From Tubiluchus corallicola (taxonomy: Eukaryota; Animalia; Priapulida): a DNA stretch of 64,000 nucleotides. The notes below the pieces were generated by a model. It ran no database searches and had not been told where the DNA came from. It was given only the letters and a program-made list of their open reading frames with translations. Of this stretch, positions 1-11,715 are shown piece by piece. The stretch is taken from assembly GCA_030141605.1 (NCBI GenBank), contig JAQGDQ010000713.1:44651-108650 (forward strand). Reading direction: 5' to 3'. How positions within the stretch are numbered: the first letter of the stretch is position 1; every line of letters begins with the position of its first letter. Made by a program: the position numbers and the translations under genes.

Positions 1-584
1 TGTTTCAGATATACGTACGTGCCGGCATTTACCACGGTAGAGAGACGCTCTACTCACAGTATTTAATGTTTCAGATATACGTACGTGCCGGCATTTACCA
101 CGGTAGACTGACGCTGTACTCACAGTATGTAATGTTTCAGATATACGTACGTGCCGGCATTTACCACGGTAGACTGACGCTGTACTCACAGTATTTAATG
201 TTTCAGATATACGTACGCGCCGGCATTTACCACGGTAGAGAGACGCTGTACTCACAGTATTTAATGTTTCAGATATACGTACGCGCCGGCATTTACCACG
301 GTAGAGAGACGCTGTACTCACAGTATGTAATGTTTCAGATATACGTACGTGCCGGCATTTACCACGGTAGACTGACGCTGTACTCACAGTATGTAATGTT
401 TCAGATATACGTACGTGCCGGCATTTACCATGGTAGACTGACGCTGTACTCACAGTATGTAATGTTTCAGATATACGTACGTGCCGGCATTTACCATGGT
501 AGAGAGACGCTCTGCTCACAGTATTTAATGTTTCAGATATACGTACGTGCCGGCATTTACCACGGTAGAGAGACGCTCTGCTCA
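1..584 (+). repeat. 66-bp minisatellite (about 9 copies, runs off the window start); each unit holds the 3' splice acceptor plus the first ~48 nt of the PI3K C2 exon
   Basis: tgtttcag|ATATACGTACGTGCCGGCATTTACC recurs at 1, 67, 133 ... 529. The last copy runs into unique exon sequence. Unit = 22 codons with no stop. Confidence 0.95.
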
Positions 585-731
585 AACTTGGATACACAGC
601 AGGTTCTGTTTTCAAATCCAAAGTGGAACGAGTGGCTGCAGTTTGACCTGTTCGTTCTTGACCTCCCCCACAGCGCACGTCTCTCGCTGTCGCTGTGCTC
701 GGTGTCGAAGTCAAAGAAGAAAGGAAAAGAG
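537..731 (+). CDS. PIK3CA: Class IA PI3K p110 catalytic subunit, C2-domain exon
   Basis: IYVRAGIYHGRETLCSNLDTQQVLFSNPKWNEWLQFDLFVLDLPHSARLSLSLCSV resembles human p110alpha IYVRTGIYHGGEPLC...[30 protein letters not shown]; tttcag/gtaaag borders. Confidence 0.9.
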
Positions 732-1369
732 GTAAAGTTTATCACTTTACCGGATGAGCTCGTTTCTTGAATGTTCCGCGGTGTTTCCCGGGTCTTCTGG
801 AAATTTACCGGAAAGAGAGAAATTTTTTCCGAAGTAAAGTTGTGTGGAAATGAGTTATGCCGTGTTTCGACAAACCTTAAACCAAACCCAGACCCAATCT
901 TAAACTGTAGGTCAAAACAATCAACTTTTTAAAATATTGATAGGAAACATGCTATTTTTTCAAAAATGACTTGTGTGAAAGAATTATTACCACTAACCTG
1001 AGAAAGGTAGCTGACTTGATGACCAATTGGTCTTTCGCTGCCCTTTCTCCTGCACACCCCTAACTCTTTCCTTTATGCATAATTTATCCTTTTTAATTAA
1101 TAACTATAACAATAATAGTCTATTTGTATACTATGGTGTAAATGAGGAGATAAATAAAATGTTTATGTCTATGTCTATGTCTCTTAGACTTTGTAAGCAA
1201 GCATATGTAAACACAGTTGTGTTCTAAAAGTAAACACATGCGTCGAGTCACAACGAAAAAGGAATACCTATATACCTCAGCAAAATAATATGTTAAACTG
1301 TAGGTAAAAAAACAATCTACTCTTTAACATATTGAAAGGAAACGAACTATTTTTTTCGGATATGACTTA

Positions 1370-1900
1370 CGTGAAAGAATTATTACCACACAAACACTAT
1401 TTCACGTTCGTGCTACTAGTTCTTCGCTGTTACGTGCATTTCGCCATTCGCTAGTTAGACAGGCGCTAGCACCTTTATTTTGGAAATGCATTACGCAAAA
1501 ACGGGTACTGTACTTCTCAGTTCAGATGTGTTAGTTTGTGACGAACTGCTCACGTTCGACAACTCGTGCGCGAGCACAGCCATAAATTTGAAATGTGAAT
1601 TTTTATCTTAAAATCTGCCTAGTTTTAGTACAGCATCTTGAGTATCTTACAGGAGCACTGCACTTCAATTTTCGCTTTCACAAACACGTGCAACATGCTC
1701 TTAGAATATTTTTGCTGTTGAAAGTTATGTTAGTTTGTGACGTCGTCAATAGTTGTTCTTGCCCGCCATTGATTAAATTTTTAATCTATTATTTAATTAT
1801 CAAAAACGCTTTTGCAAAAATTAATCGTGTTAAAATGTACACTTTTTATCGTATTTCAAAATTGGATAGTTCATGAAAAATCATCCTGTCTTCCTTTAAG
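1370..1900. mobile_element. Dispersed repeat ending CCTTTAA (possibly a TTAA-type non-autonomous DNA transposon); second copy at ~7843-8340
   Basis: gaaagaattattaccacacaaacac...cacaaacacgtgcaac...aaacgcttttgca is shared in diverged form with 7843-8340. Confidence 0.55.
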
Positions 1901-2656
1901 GTATAGCTGGCATTATCGACACAGCTAAAGTTCACTTTTCAAAATATGTACTATGGCATATTACACTTTGCTATTTAAGAATACTACTGTGTACAATGTA
2001 CGCAATGAACAAATATACAAAAGCCAAGAAGTAGAATCACGTGTTACAACGCTTCATATCGTTTTAGCATACTTTTTCCATACTAAAGGAAAATTCAATG
2101 TCCATACAACAGTTAATTAGCATGCTGGTGAAGTGGTATATATTTTCCGCGGATACGTGGAATTCCGAGTTTCTGGAAGACCAGTAGTGCCATTTTTGTA
2201 AATCGCGTAAATTCGTTGAGAAAATTTTTACGGACCCAGTACATTATTTCACAAGCTGACCGCTAGTTGGCAGGCCGTCACTTTGTTTACATCACGTACA
2301 TCAGTGTAACCACGTGTATATCTCTATGTATAAAAATATAGAATCAATCGTGCGGAGTTATCTGAGTCAATTGCAGACAGTTTTTATATACTTTTGCATA
2401 GGAGCGGCCAGTACTTAGGCATTTTTGAGACAATTAGGTATCATGTATCCTTGATAGTTGGGTATTTTAAATTATGCATGAAACAAGGTAACTGATATTT
2501 TAAGTCCACTTAGAGGCTCTCTATGGTCACAAAATTGCAATTTGTTGCTTCGTCCCCTTGAACCCCCATGGGGGCCTACGCGGCCCCAAACTCCCTGCCT
2601 GTTTCAGAGTTTTTTGCAATTTGTCATTCTCATCCCTGATCTCAAGCTGTGTGCTA

Positions 2657-3665
2657 TAGGTTTTACATGTCAAATGTAGACCTACGTTAACTCAAATGTA
2701 GATTTAGGTAATTCAAATGTGTCTTGGTAACTCAAATGTAGACTTAGGTAGTTCAAATGTGTTAACAATGGTTTTCAACAAATCTTAAGCGTTTCTGGTA
2801 AGTCAAATGTAGACACATGTCAAGTCAAATGTAACATTGGTATCTCAAATGTGGATAGGTGTTAAAGTTTAAGGATGTTAAATTTAATATTCTTTAATTT
2901 CAATTTAATAATTGCTCTTAAGTTAAAATAACAACGTTATAGGCCTACTAATAGGTGCACTATCTTTGGTTTATCTTTTTCTAATTTGCACTTAAATAAC
3001 TTAATTACCGATTTATTCAAAGTAATGCATCTACATTTGACTTACCTAAGTCACATTTGAGTTACCAAAACACATTCAAAATTCCTATGTCTACATTTGA
3101 GTTACATAAGTCACATTTGAGTTACCAAAACACATTCGAAATTCCTATGTCCACATTTCACTTACCTAAGTCACATTTGAGTTACCAAAACACATTCGAA
3201 ATTCCTATGTCTACATTTGACTTACCTAAGTCACATTTGAGTTACCAAAACACATTCGAAATTCCTATGTCCACATTTCACTTACCTAAGTCACATTTGA
3301 GTTACCAAAACACATTCGAAATTCCTATGTCTACATTTGACTTACCTAAGTCACATTTGAGTTACTAATACACATTCCAAGTTCCGATGTCTACATTTGA
3401 CTTACCCACGCCACATTTGAACTTTCCTATGTCTACATTTGACTTAGCTAAGTCACATTTGAACTTTCCTGTGTCTACATTTGACTTACTTGAGTCACAT
3501 TTGAACTTTCCTGTGTCTACATTTGACTTACCTAAGTCACATTTGAACTTTCCTGTGTCTACATTTGACTCACCTAAGTCACATTTGAACTTTCCTATGT
3601 CTACATTTGACTTACCTAAGTCACATTTGAACTTTCCTGTGTCTACATTTGATGTGTAAAACCTA
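2657..3665. mobile_element. MITE/foldback-like element with terminal inverted repeats, TA flanks and internal tandem subrepeats
   Basis: TA|TAGGTTTTACATGTCAAATGTAGAC ... GTCTACATTTGATGTGTAAAACCTA|TA. The right arm holds 60-bp and ~42-bp tandem units (3030-3655) that are inverted versions of the left-arm motifs. Confidence 0.8.
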
Positions 3666-3674
3666 TATAATACC

Positions 3675-4314
3675 CTGTAGCGGATAGCCCTATAGGCTGA
3701 ATAGGCTGAAGCCTAAGGCACGGGATCAAAAGGGGCCCGGCAAAATAAAACGAAAAAAAATTTTTTTTGTAAAAAATAAATAAATTGACAAAAGAGCAAG
3801 GGGCCCGCCAAAATAAAATATAGAAAAAAGTTTTTTCTTCAAAACTCAGTCACTATATTTCAAATCGGGTTTACACAAATCAAGTTTACACAATTTCAGT
3901 TTACACAATTCACGTTTACACAATTTAAGTTTACACAATTCACGTTTACACAGTTTAAGTTTAAGTTCAAAATTTCAGTTTCCGAATTTTTCTGGGGGCA
4001 AAGTCAGTTATAATTTCTGAAAAGTCCATTTTTTTCAACATATCTGACTCACAGTTTCTGATTGGGTTATTTTAGTTGACATCTAACCCAGAAACTCACC
4101 AAGCTGTAATCGTGTTTATATAGTCCTAGTCCACAACTCAAGGATCAAGAAGATATAATTTTTATCACAATCGGTGGGCAAAAACTCACAAAATTAAACA
4201 AACTTACAAACGACGAGAGCTCCACAAAAACACGTCAGCTCAGCAGTGTAGCAACATTTAAAAGGCCCGTTCCAAGTTCAAGCCTAAGGCCCATAAAATC
4301 ATAATCCGCCGCTG
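3675..4314. mobile_element. Degenerate hAT-like MITE
   Basis: Ends ctgtagcgga...tccgccgctg, flanked by near-identical 8-mers ataatacc/ataatact. Internal 15-bp tandem repeat (tttacacaatttcag) at ~3870-3955. Confidence 0.5.
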
Positions 4315-4348
4315 ATAATACTCTATCCGATAGTATTCTATATTTCAG

Positions 4349-4475
4349 GAACACTGTGCTCTGGCTTGGGGAAACATTATGCTATTCGACTACAAGAGTC
4401 GATTACGGAGCGACAAGTATCGCATCAACTTGTGGCCTATGCCGAAGGGTCTGGACGAACTGCTTAATCCCCTAG
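4349..4475 (+). CDS. PIK3CA: PI3K p110 exon (C2 domain)
   Basis: [43 protein letters not shown], compare human EHCPLAWGNINLFDY...NLWPVPHGLEDLLNPIG; tttcag/gtattg borders; phase-compatible. Confidence 0.92.
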
Positions 4476-5088
4476 GTATTGTTCTGCTGCGTATTTCTTC
4501 GTACAGTTTCAACACTTTGCAAACCGCAAACGGCAGAGTTTAGCTGGGTGCGGCGGGACCGGGACTTTTCTCTCATCCGGAAAGAAAAGAGGTGCTGGAA
4601 AATTGTGCACTAGTTGGGACCTCCGCACCTCTTTTAGCAAAATATTTCGTTAGGTCAAGTACCTAGTCAAGTTTAATTTGATAGTTAGGGTGAGCATCGA
4701 ATGTTGAAACGTGTTGTGAAAAAACTTTTTTAATTCGTATTGAATTTGAACTTAAAATTACGCATTCGAATAATTCACCACTTCATCTAAATACATTCTT
4801 TATCATTAAATGTTTGAAATTGATATTTATTTTATTTAATTTTGCTATTTAAATTAAATTATATCAAAAATTTTCAAATTATTAAATGTGCTAAAATTGT
4901 ATTTTGCTCAATTTATTCGTAATTTCATAGATTTATTTACATTATCTGGCTGGCTGTTGTTCTATCATCGGTTTCTGTTGAAATTACTTCTGAAAGTACG
5001 TATGAAAGGCTAAAAACAACTATTTTGTATTAATCATTTTTTATTAAGGTATATGCATACGTACGTATATAAGTTTCTACGCTTATTA

Positions 5089-5684
5089 CCGTATTTTCCC
5101 GTGTATAAGAGACCCTTTTTTGCTCAGAATTTTCACTTTAAAAATAGGGGGTCTCTTATACATGGGAGTAAGTCTTTTCAATAAGATGCATAAATTGTGA
5201 CACTAATGATTTTAAAGAAATAAGTGCTCTACAACTGTTTTATTTCGAATAATTATAGTTTCCTTTCAATAAATCTTCTCCATGGCTAAATTCTAATGAT
5301 AAAATTAATGTACCGGGTAAGTTATTATTTTTTTAAATGTCTCTTTGGTATTGGAGAGAAATCGATTGTTCTGCAGCCAATCAACGCATCTGCATAAGCT
5401 CTCTGCATGCCCGTCGACGTCATTGATACGTCGTCAGAGGTCAACGAGATGAGTCAGCCTAAGCAAGGCGTGTCGCGTTCGACTATGAAGCGGTTGTAAG
5501 CAATACAAGCATCGTGACACAGGTCTGACTCCAGTTGATATTTTTGATGAGAGTGATGAGGAATTTAATGATTTCTATGATGAATAAAGTTATTCATTAC
5601 CAAAAAACTTTTTTCCAGAATTTTTGCCTAAAAATTGAAGGGGTCTCTTATACACAAGGGTCTCTTATACATGGGAAAATACGG
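5089..5684. mobile_element. Tc1/mariner (pogo-type) MITE
   Basis: TA|CCGTATTTTCCCGTGTATAAGAGACC ... GGTCTCTTATACATGGGAAAATACGG|TA; TIRs with TA target duplication and repeated subterminal ggtctcttatac. Confidence 0.85.
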
Positions 5685-6107
5685 TAGTCGTAGGCTATAA
5701 CACGCAAAAATTCGAAAATCCAAAAAATGGAACGAACGAACTGTTGTGCTAGTAATCGGCCTCTAGCCCACAAGACAACGTCACCTATAAGCAGTCATTA
5801 AAGAAAGGTTTGCAAATGTGATGCACTTTAATACGAGGTTTAAATAAGTAACCAGCATAATTTCTGCAAGACTACTTTCTGTTTATGATTCGAAAATCTC
5901 TAAACTGAACTCACTTGGTTTGGTTATGAAATTTTGAAGTTTGGTTTGATTTAAGTTCGAAAATCAAAAATTCGATCTAATTGAAATTCGCTTTCGGATA
6001 GAGAATGTTCGTCCTTATTGGATAGTTTGGGTGCAAATTTTACCAAATTTGTACAAGCAATTGTTAAAAGATGTTTGATCGTTTGACTTTTATTCTGATG
6101 CGTATAG

Positions 6108-6280
6108 GTATCTGTGGTTCGAATCCAAACAAGGACTGGCCGTGCTTGGAGATAGAGTTTGATCGATACGTCAGTCCGGCTTCCTTCCCTTCCGACAAGC
6201 AGATTGAGAATCTGGCAGAATTCAATGCTCAAAGAGACTCTAATCCGGTGCAAGCTTTGGGTTCGACAACTGCACACAGG
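6108..6280 (+). CDS. PIK3CA: PI3K p110 exon (end of C2 domain and linker)
   Basis: GICGSNPNKDWPCLEIEFDRY...FPSDKQIE, compare human [21 protein letters not shown]...FPDMSVIE; tatag/gtaagt borders. Confidence 0.9.
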
Positions 6281-7464
6281 GTAAGTTCTTGCAAGCTTTA
6301 TGTTTGACAGCTGCACACAGGGTAAGTTCTTGCAAGCTTTGGGTTCGACAACTACACACAGGGTAAGTTCTTGCAAGCTTTGGGTTCGACAACTACACAC
6401 AGGGTAAGTTCTTGCAAGCTTTGGGTACGACAACTGCACACAGGGTAAGTTCTTGCAAGCTTTGGGTTTGACAACTGCACACAGGGTAAGTTCTTGCAAG
6501 CTTTGGGTTTGACAACTGCACACAGGGTAAGTTGTTGCAAGCTTTGGGTTAGACAGCTGCATGCAGGGTAAGTTCTTGCAAGCTGTAGGTTAGACAACTG
6601 CACACAAGGTAAGTTCTTGCAAAGCTTTGGGTTTGACAACTGCACACAGGGTAAGTTGTTGTAAGCTTTGGGTTTGATAACTGCACACAAGGTAAGTTCT
6701 TGCAAGCTTTGGGTTTGACAACTGCACACAGGGTAAGTTCTTGCAAGCTTTGGGTTTGACAACTGCACACAGGGTAAGTTCTTGCAAGCTTTATGTTTGA
6801 CAGCTGCACACAGGGTAAGTTCTTGCAAGCTTTGGGTTCGACAACTACACACAGGGTAAGTTCTTGCAAGCTTTGGGTTCGACAACTACACACAGGGTAA
6901 GTTCTTGCAAGCTTTGGGTACGACAACTGCACACAGGGTAAGTTCTTGCAAGCTTTGGGTTTGACAACTGCACACAGGGTAAGTTCTTGCAAGCTTTGGG
7001 TTTGACAACTGCACACAGGGTAAGTTGTTGCAAGCTTTGGGTTAGACAGCTGCATGCAGGGTAAGTTCTTGCAAGCTGTAGGTTAGACAACTGCACACAA
7101 GGTAAGTTCTTGCAAAGCTTTGGGTTTGACAACTGCACACAGGGTAAGTTGTTGTAAGCTTTGGGTTTGATAACTGCACACAAGGTAAGTTCTTGCAAGC
7201 TTTGGGTTTGACAACTGCACACAGGGTAAGTTTTTGCAAGCTTTGGGTTTGACAGCTGCACACAGGGTAAGTTCTTGCAAGCTTTGGGTTTGACAGCTGC
7301 ACACAGGGTAAGTTCTTGCAAGCTTTGGGTTTGACAACTGCACACAGGGTAAGTTCTTGCAAAGCTTTGGGTTTGACAACTGCACACGGGGTAAGTTCTT
7401 GCAAGCTTTGGGTTTGACAACTGCGCACAGGGTAGATTCTTGCAAAGCTTTGGGTTTGACAGCT
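6249..7464 (+). repeat. 41-bp minisatellite (about 29-30 copies, 493-bp higher-order period) made of 32 nt of exon end plus the GTAAGT donor
   Basis: Unit tgcaagctttgggttcgacaactgcacacagg|gtaagttct. The first copy is the true exon end. Confidence 0.95.
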
Positions 7465-7555
7465 GATGTTCTCATTAACGAATGGCAAATCTGTTAAACC
7501 GCAACTGCTTTTTTTGAACTTTGGAGACTCGATAAACGTCTTGGTTTTGTTGCAG

Positions 7556-7671
7556 CTTCAGTCGAAGACCGAGATTGAGGAAGAAGACTTGAAGTTTTTT
7601 GCGGAAGTCGTTCATAAAGATCCGCTTTCGGAAATTTCCGAGCAGGAGAAGGAGCTGCTGTGGAGGTTAAG
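7556..7671 (+). CDS. PIK3CA: PI3K p110 exon (start of helical domain)
   Basis: VVHKDPLSEISEQEKELLWRLR, compare human [22 protein letters not shown] (E542/E545/Q546 positions conserved); tgcag/gtatga borders. Confidence 0.92.
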
Positions 7672-7842
7672 GTATGACCGGGCGCCAGGGCCGGATTTCC
7701 CTATGGGCTAGTGTAGGCTGCAGTAGGGTCCCTCAAGGTTTGGTAAAGTTTGCTAAAAAAAACGTTTTGTCATTACGGTTGTGTTGAACTATGTGCAAAT
7801 TTGGTTTGCAATAAATTTTCAACTTTTTCGAGGATGACCCAC

Positions 7843-8340
7843 TGAAAGAATTATTACCATACAAACACAATTTCACCTTCGCGCCACCAGTTCTTCGCTA
7901 ATATATGTATTTCGCCTTTCGCTAGTTAGGCGGGCACTGACACCTGTGTTTCGGAAACGCATTGCACAAAAAACCGGCGCTGCACCTTTCAGTTCAGTTG
8001 TGTTAGTTTGTGAGGAACTGCGGTAAATTTGAAATTTGAATTTTTATCTTAAAACACGCCTAGTTTTAGTACAACACACTGAATATCTTACAGTAGCACT
8101 CCACTTCAATTTTTACTTTCACAAACACGTGCAACTCGCTCGTGGAATATTTTTGCTGTTGAAAATTATGTTAGTTTGTGATGTCATCGATAGTTAGGCT
8201 CACCCTCTGTTAATTAAGTTTTTAATTTATTATTTAACTATCAGAAACGCTTTTGCAGTATTAATTGTGTTAAAACGTGTACTTTTTATCGGTCTTGAAA
8301 ATGGGGTAGTGTATGAAAAGTCGCGTGATGACGAGCTTTA
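7843..8340. mobile_element. Second copy of the 1370-1900 dispersed repeat
   Basis: Colinear diverged similarity to 1370-1900; ends ctttaa. Confidence 0.55.
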
Positions 8341-8376
8341 ATTTAGTAACTTATTCTGGATTTTCTTTTCTCTAAG

Positions 8377-8458
8377 GCACAAGTGTTTGGACATTCCTAA
8401 TTCGTTGCCACGGCTACTACATGTTGTCAAGTGGGAGAACAGGGACGATGTAACAGAG
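8377..8458 (+). CDS. PIK3CA: PI3K p110 exon (helical domain); last PI3K exon recognisable in the window
   Basis: HKCLDIPNSLPRLLHVVKWENRDDVTE, compare human [27 protein letters not shown]; ctaag/gtaact borders. Confidence 0.9.
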
Positions 8459-11370
8459 GTAACTAGTGCAATAGTTACAATAACGTTTTTGTATAACTAA
8501 GTATAACAGTTTTAACTAACGTAATTTGTGTAACTGAGGTAACTACATGTAGTGTAACAGTTGTAATTAATGCAATTTGTGTAACTGAGAAAATCACGTG
8601 TTGCGTAACAGTTGTAATTAATGCAATTTGTTTAACTGAGATAACTACATGTAGCGTAACAGTTGTAATTAATGCAATTTGTGTAACTGAGGTAACTACA
8701 TGTAGCGTAACAGTTGTAATTAATGCAATTTGTGTAACTGAGTAAATCACATGTAGTGTAACAGTTGTTACTAATGTAATTTGTGCAACTGAGGTAACTA
8801 CATGTAGCGTAACAGTTGTAATTAATGCAATTTGTGTAACTGAGTAAATCGCGTGTAGCGTAACTGGTGTTACTAATGTAATTTGTGCAACTGAGGTAAC
8901 TACATGTAGTGTAACAGTTGTAATTAATGCAATTTGTGTAACTGAGTAAATCACGTGTAGTGTAACTGGTGTTACTAATGTAATTTGTGCAACTGAGGTA
9001 ACAACATGTAGCATAACAGTTGTAATTAATGCAATTTGTGTAACTGAGTAAATCACGTGTAGTGTAACTGGTGTTACTAATGTAATTTGTGCAACTGAGG
9101 TAACTACATGTAGTGTAACAGTTGTAATTAATGCAATTTGTGTAACAGAGAAAATCGTGTGTAGTGTAACTGGTGTTACTAATGTAATTTGTGCAACTGA
9201 GGTAACAACATGTAGCGTAACAGTTGTAATTAATGCAATTTGTGTAACTGAGTAAATCACGTGTAGTGTAACTGGTGTTACTAATGTAATTTGTGCAACT
9301 GAGGTAACTACATGTAGTGTAACAGTTGTAATTAATGCAATTTGTGTAACTGAGTAAATCACGTGTAGTGTAACTGGTGTTACTAATGTAATTTGTGCAA
9401 CTGAGGTAACTACATGTAGTGTAACAGTTGTAATTAATGCAATTTGTGTAACTGAGTAAATCACGTGTAGTGTAACTGGTGTTACTAATGTAATTTGTGC
9501 AACTGAGGTAACTACATGTAGTGTAACAGTTGTAATTAATGCAATTTGTGTAACTGAGTTAATCACGTGTAGTGTAACTGGTGTTACTAATGTAATTTGT
9601 GCAACTGAGGTAACTACATGTAGTGTAACAGTTGTAATTAATGCAATTTGTGTAACAGAGAAAATCATGTGTAGTGTAACTGTTGTTACTAATGTAATTT
9701 GTGCAACTGAGGTAACAACATGTAGCATAACAGTTGTAATTAATGCAATTTGTGTAACTGAGAAAATCATGTGTAGTGTAACTGGTGTTACTAATGTAAT
9801 TTGTGCAACTGAGGTAACTACATGTAGTGTAACAGTTGTAATTAATGCAATTTGTGCAACTGAGTAAATCATGTGTAGTGTAACTGGTGTTACTAATGTA
9901 ATTTGTGCAACTGAGGTAACTACATGTAGCGTAACAGTTGTAATTAATGCAATTTGTGTAACTGAGTAAATCATGTGTAGTGTAACTGGTGTTACTAATG
10001 TAATTTGTGCAACTGAGGTAACTACATGTAGCATAACAGTTGTAATTAATGCAATTTGTGTAACTGAGTAAATCACGTGTAGCGTAACTGGTGTTACTAA
10101 TGTAATTTGTGCAACTGAGGTAACTACATGTAGCATAACAGTTGTAATTAATGCAATTTGTGTAACTGAGTAAATCACGTGTAGTGTAACTGTTGTTACT
10201 AATGTAATTTGTGCAACTGAGGTAACAACATGTAGCGTAACAGTTGTAATTAATGCAATTTGTGTAACTGAGTAAATCATGTGTAGTGTAACTGGTGTTA
10301 CTAATGTAATTTGTGCAACTGAGGTAACTACATGTAGCGTAACAGTTGTAATTAATGCAATTTGTGTAACTGAGTAAATCATGTGTAGTGTAACTGGTGT
10401 TACTAATGTAATTTGTGCAACTGAGGTAACAACATGTAGCATAACAGTTGTAATTAATGCAATTTGTGTAACTGAGTAAATCACGTGTAGTGTAACTGGT
10501 GTTACTAATATAATTTGTGCAACTGAGGTAACTACATGTAGTGTAACAGTTGTAATTAATGCAATTTGTGTAACAGAGAAAATCATGTGTAGTGTAACTG
10601 GTGTTACTAATGTAATTTGTGCAACTGAGGTAACAACATGTAGCGTAACAGTTGTAATTAATGCAATTTGTGTAACTGAGTAAATCACGTGTAGTGTAAC
10701 TGGTGTTACTAATGTAATTTGTGCAACTGAGGTAACTACATGTAGTGTAACAGTTGTAATTAATGCAATTTGTGTAACTGAGTAAATCACGTGTAGTGTA
10801 ACTGGTGTTACTAATGTAATTTGTGCAACTGAGGTAACTACATGTAGTGTAACAGTTGTAATTAATGCAATTTGTGTAACTGAGTAAATCACGTGTAGTG
10901 TAACTGGTGTTACTAATGTAATTTGTGCAACTGAGGTAACTACATGTAGCATAACAGTTGTAATTAATGCAATTTGTGTAACTGAGTAAATCACGTGTAG
11001 TGTAACTGGTGTTACTAATGTAATTTGTGCAACTGAGGTAACTACATGTAGTGTAACAGTTGTAATTAATGCAATTTGTGTAACTGAGGTAACTACATAT
11101 AGCGTAACAGTTGTTATTAATGCAATTTATGTAACTCAGAAAATCACGTGTAGTGTAACTGGTGTTACTAATGTAATTTGTGCAACTGAAGTAACTACAT
11201 GTAACATAACATTGTTACTAATGTAATTTGTGTAACTGAAGTAACTAAATGTGACTGAAGTATCAGTTGTTACTAATGTAATTTGTGTAACTGAGAAAAT
11301 CATGTGTATTGTAACAGTTGTTACTAATGTAATTTGTGTAACTGAAGTAACTAAATGTGACTGAAGCATC
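8449..11370 (+). repeat. 51-bp minisatellite (102-bp dimer), ~2.9 kb, whose motif matches the preceding exon/intron junction
   Basis: Unit tgtaactgaggtaactacatgtagtgtaacagttgtaattaatgcaatttg; the junction reads tgtaacagag|gtaacta. Confidence 0.93.
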
Positions 11371-11715
11371 TAATGTAACACAGGAACAACAGTTAGTTCC
11401 ACACTGTAATTAAAATTATGGAACTTTATAACAGTTGTAACTATTCTGACGACCAGATCCGTGACGGACCCGTTACATCTTAAAGTGCATAAATACTTAA
11501 GTCCTGCTAAAGGAAAAGCCCAAGTCTCTCCGGAAGTTGACCTTATTTTAATATTTGAGTAAAATATTGAAAAGTTAAAGGAATAAAATAAGCGCCTCGT
11601 GTGATGTGTGAAATCAGCTTAAAGGTGCAACAATTTCGTTAGCTGTTTGTTTTAGGGATGATCTAAATTTCTGTTGCATTTTTAAGCAACGCATTTTTTG
11701 CGAGCATATTGCGTC

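Noticed and set aside
3057-3659. Repetitive ORFs (MSTFDLPKSHL)
   Set aside because: Internal tandem repeats of a MITE.
5951-7488. Cys-rich minus-strand ORFs
   Set aside because: Translations of the 41-bp array.
8475-10994. 839-aa minus-strand ORF of VTLH/ITLV repeats
   Set aside because: By-product of a stop-free 51/102-bp minisatellite in a PI3K intron; no unique sequence.
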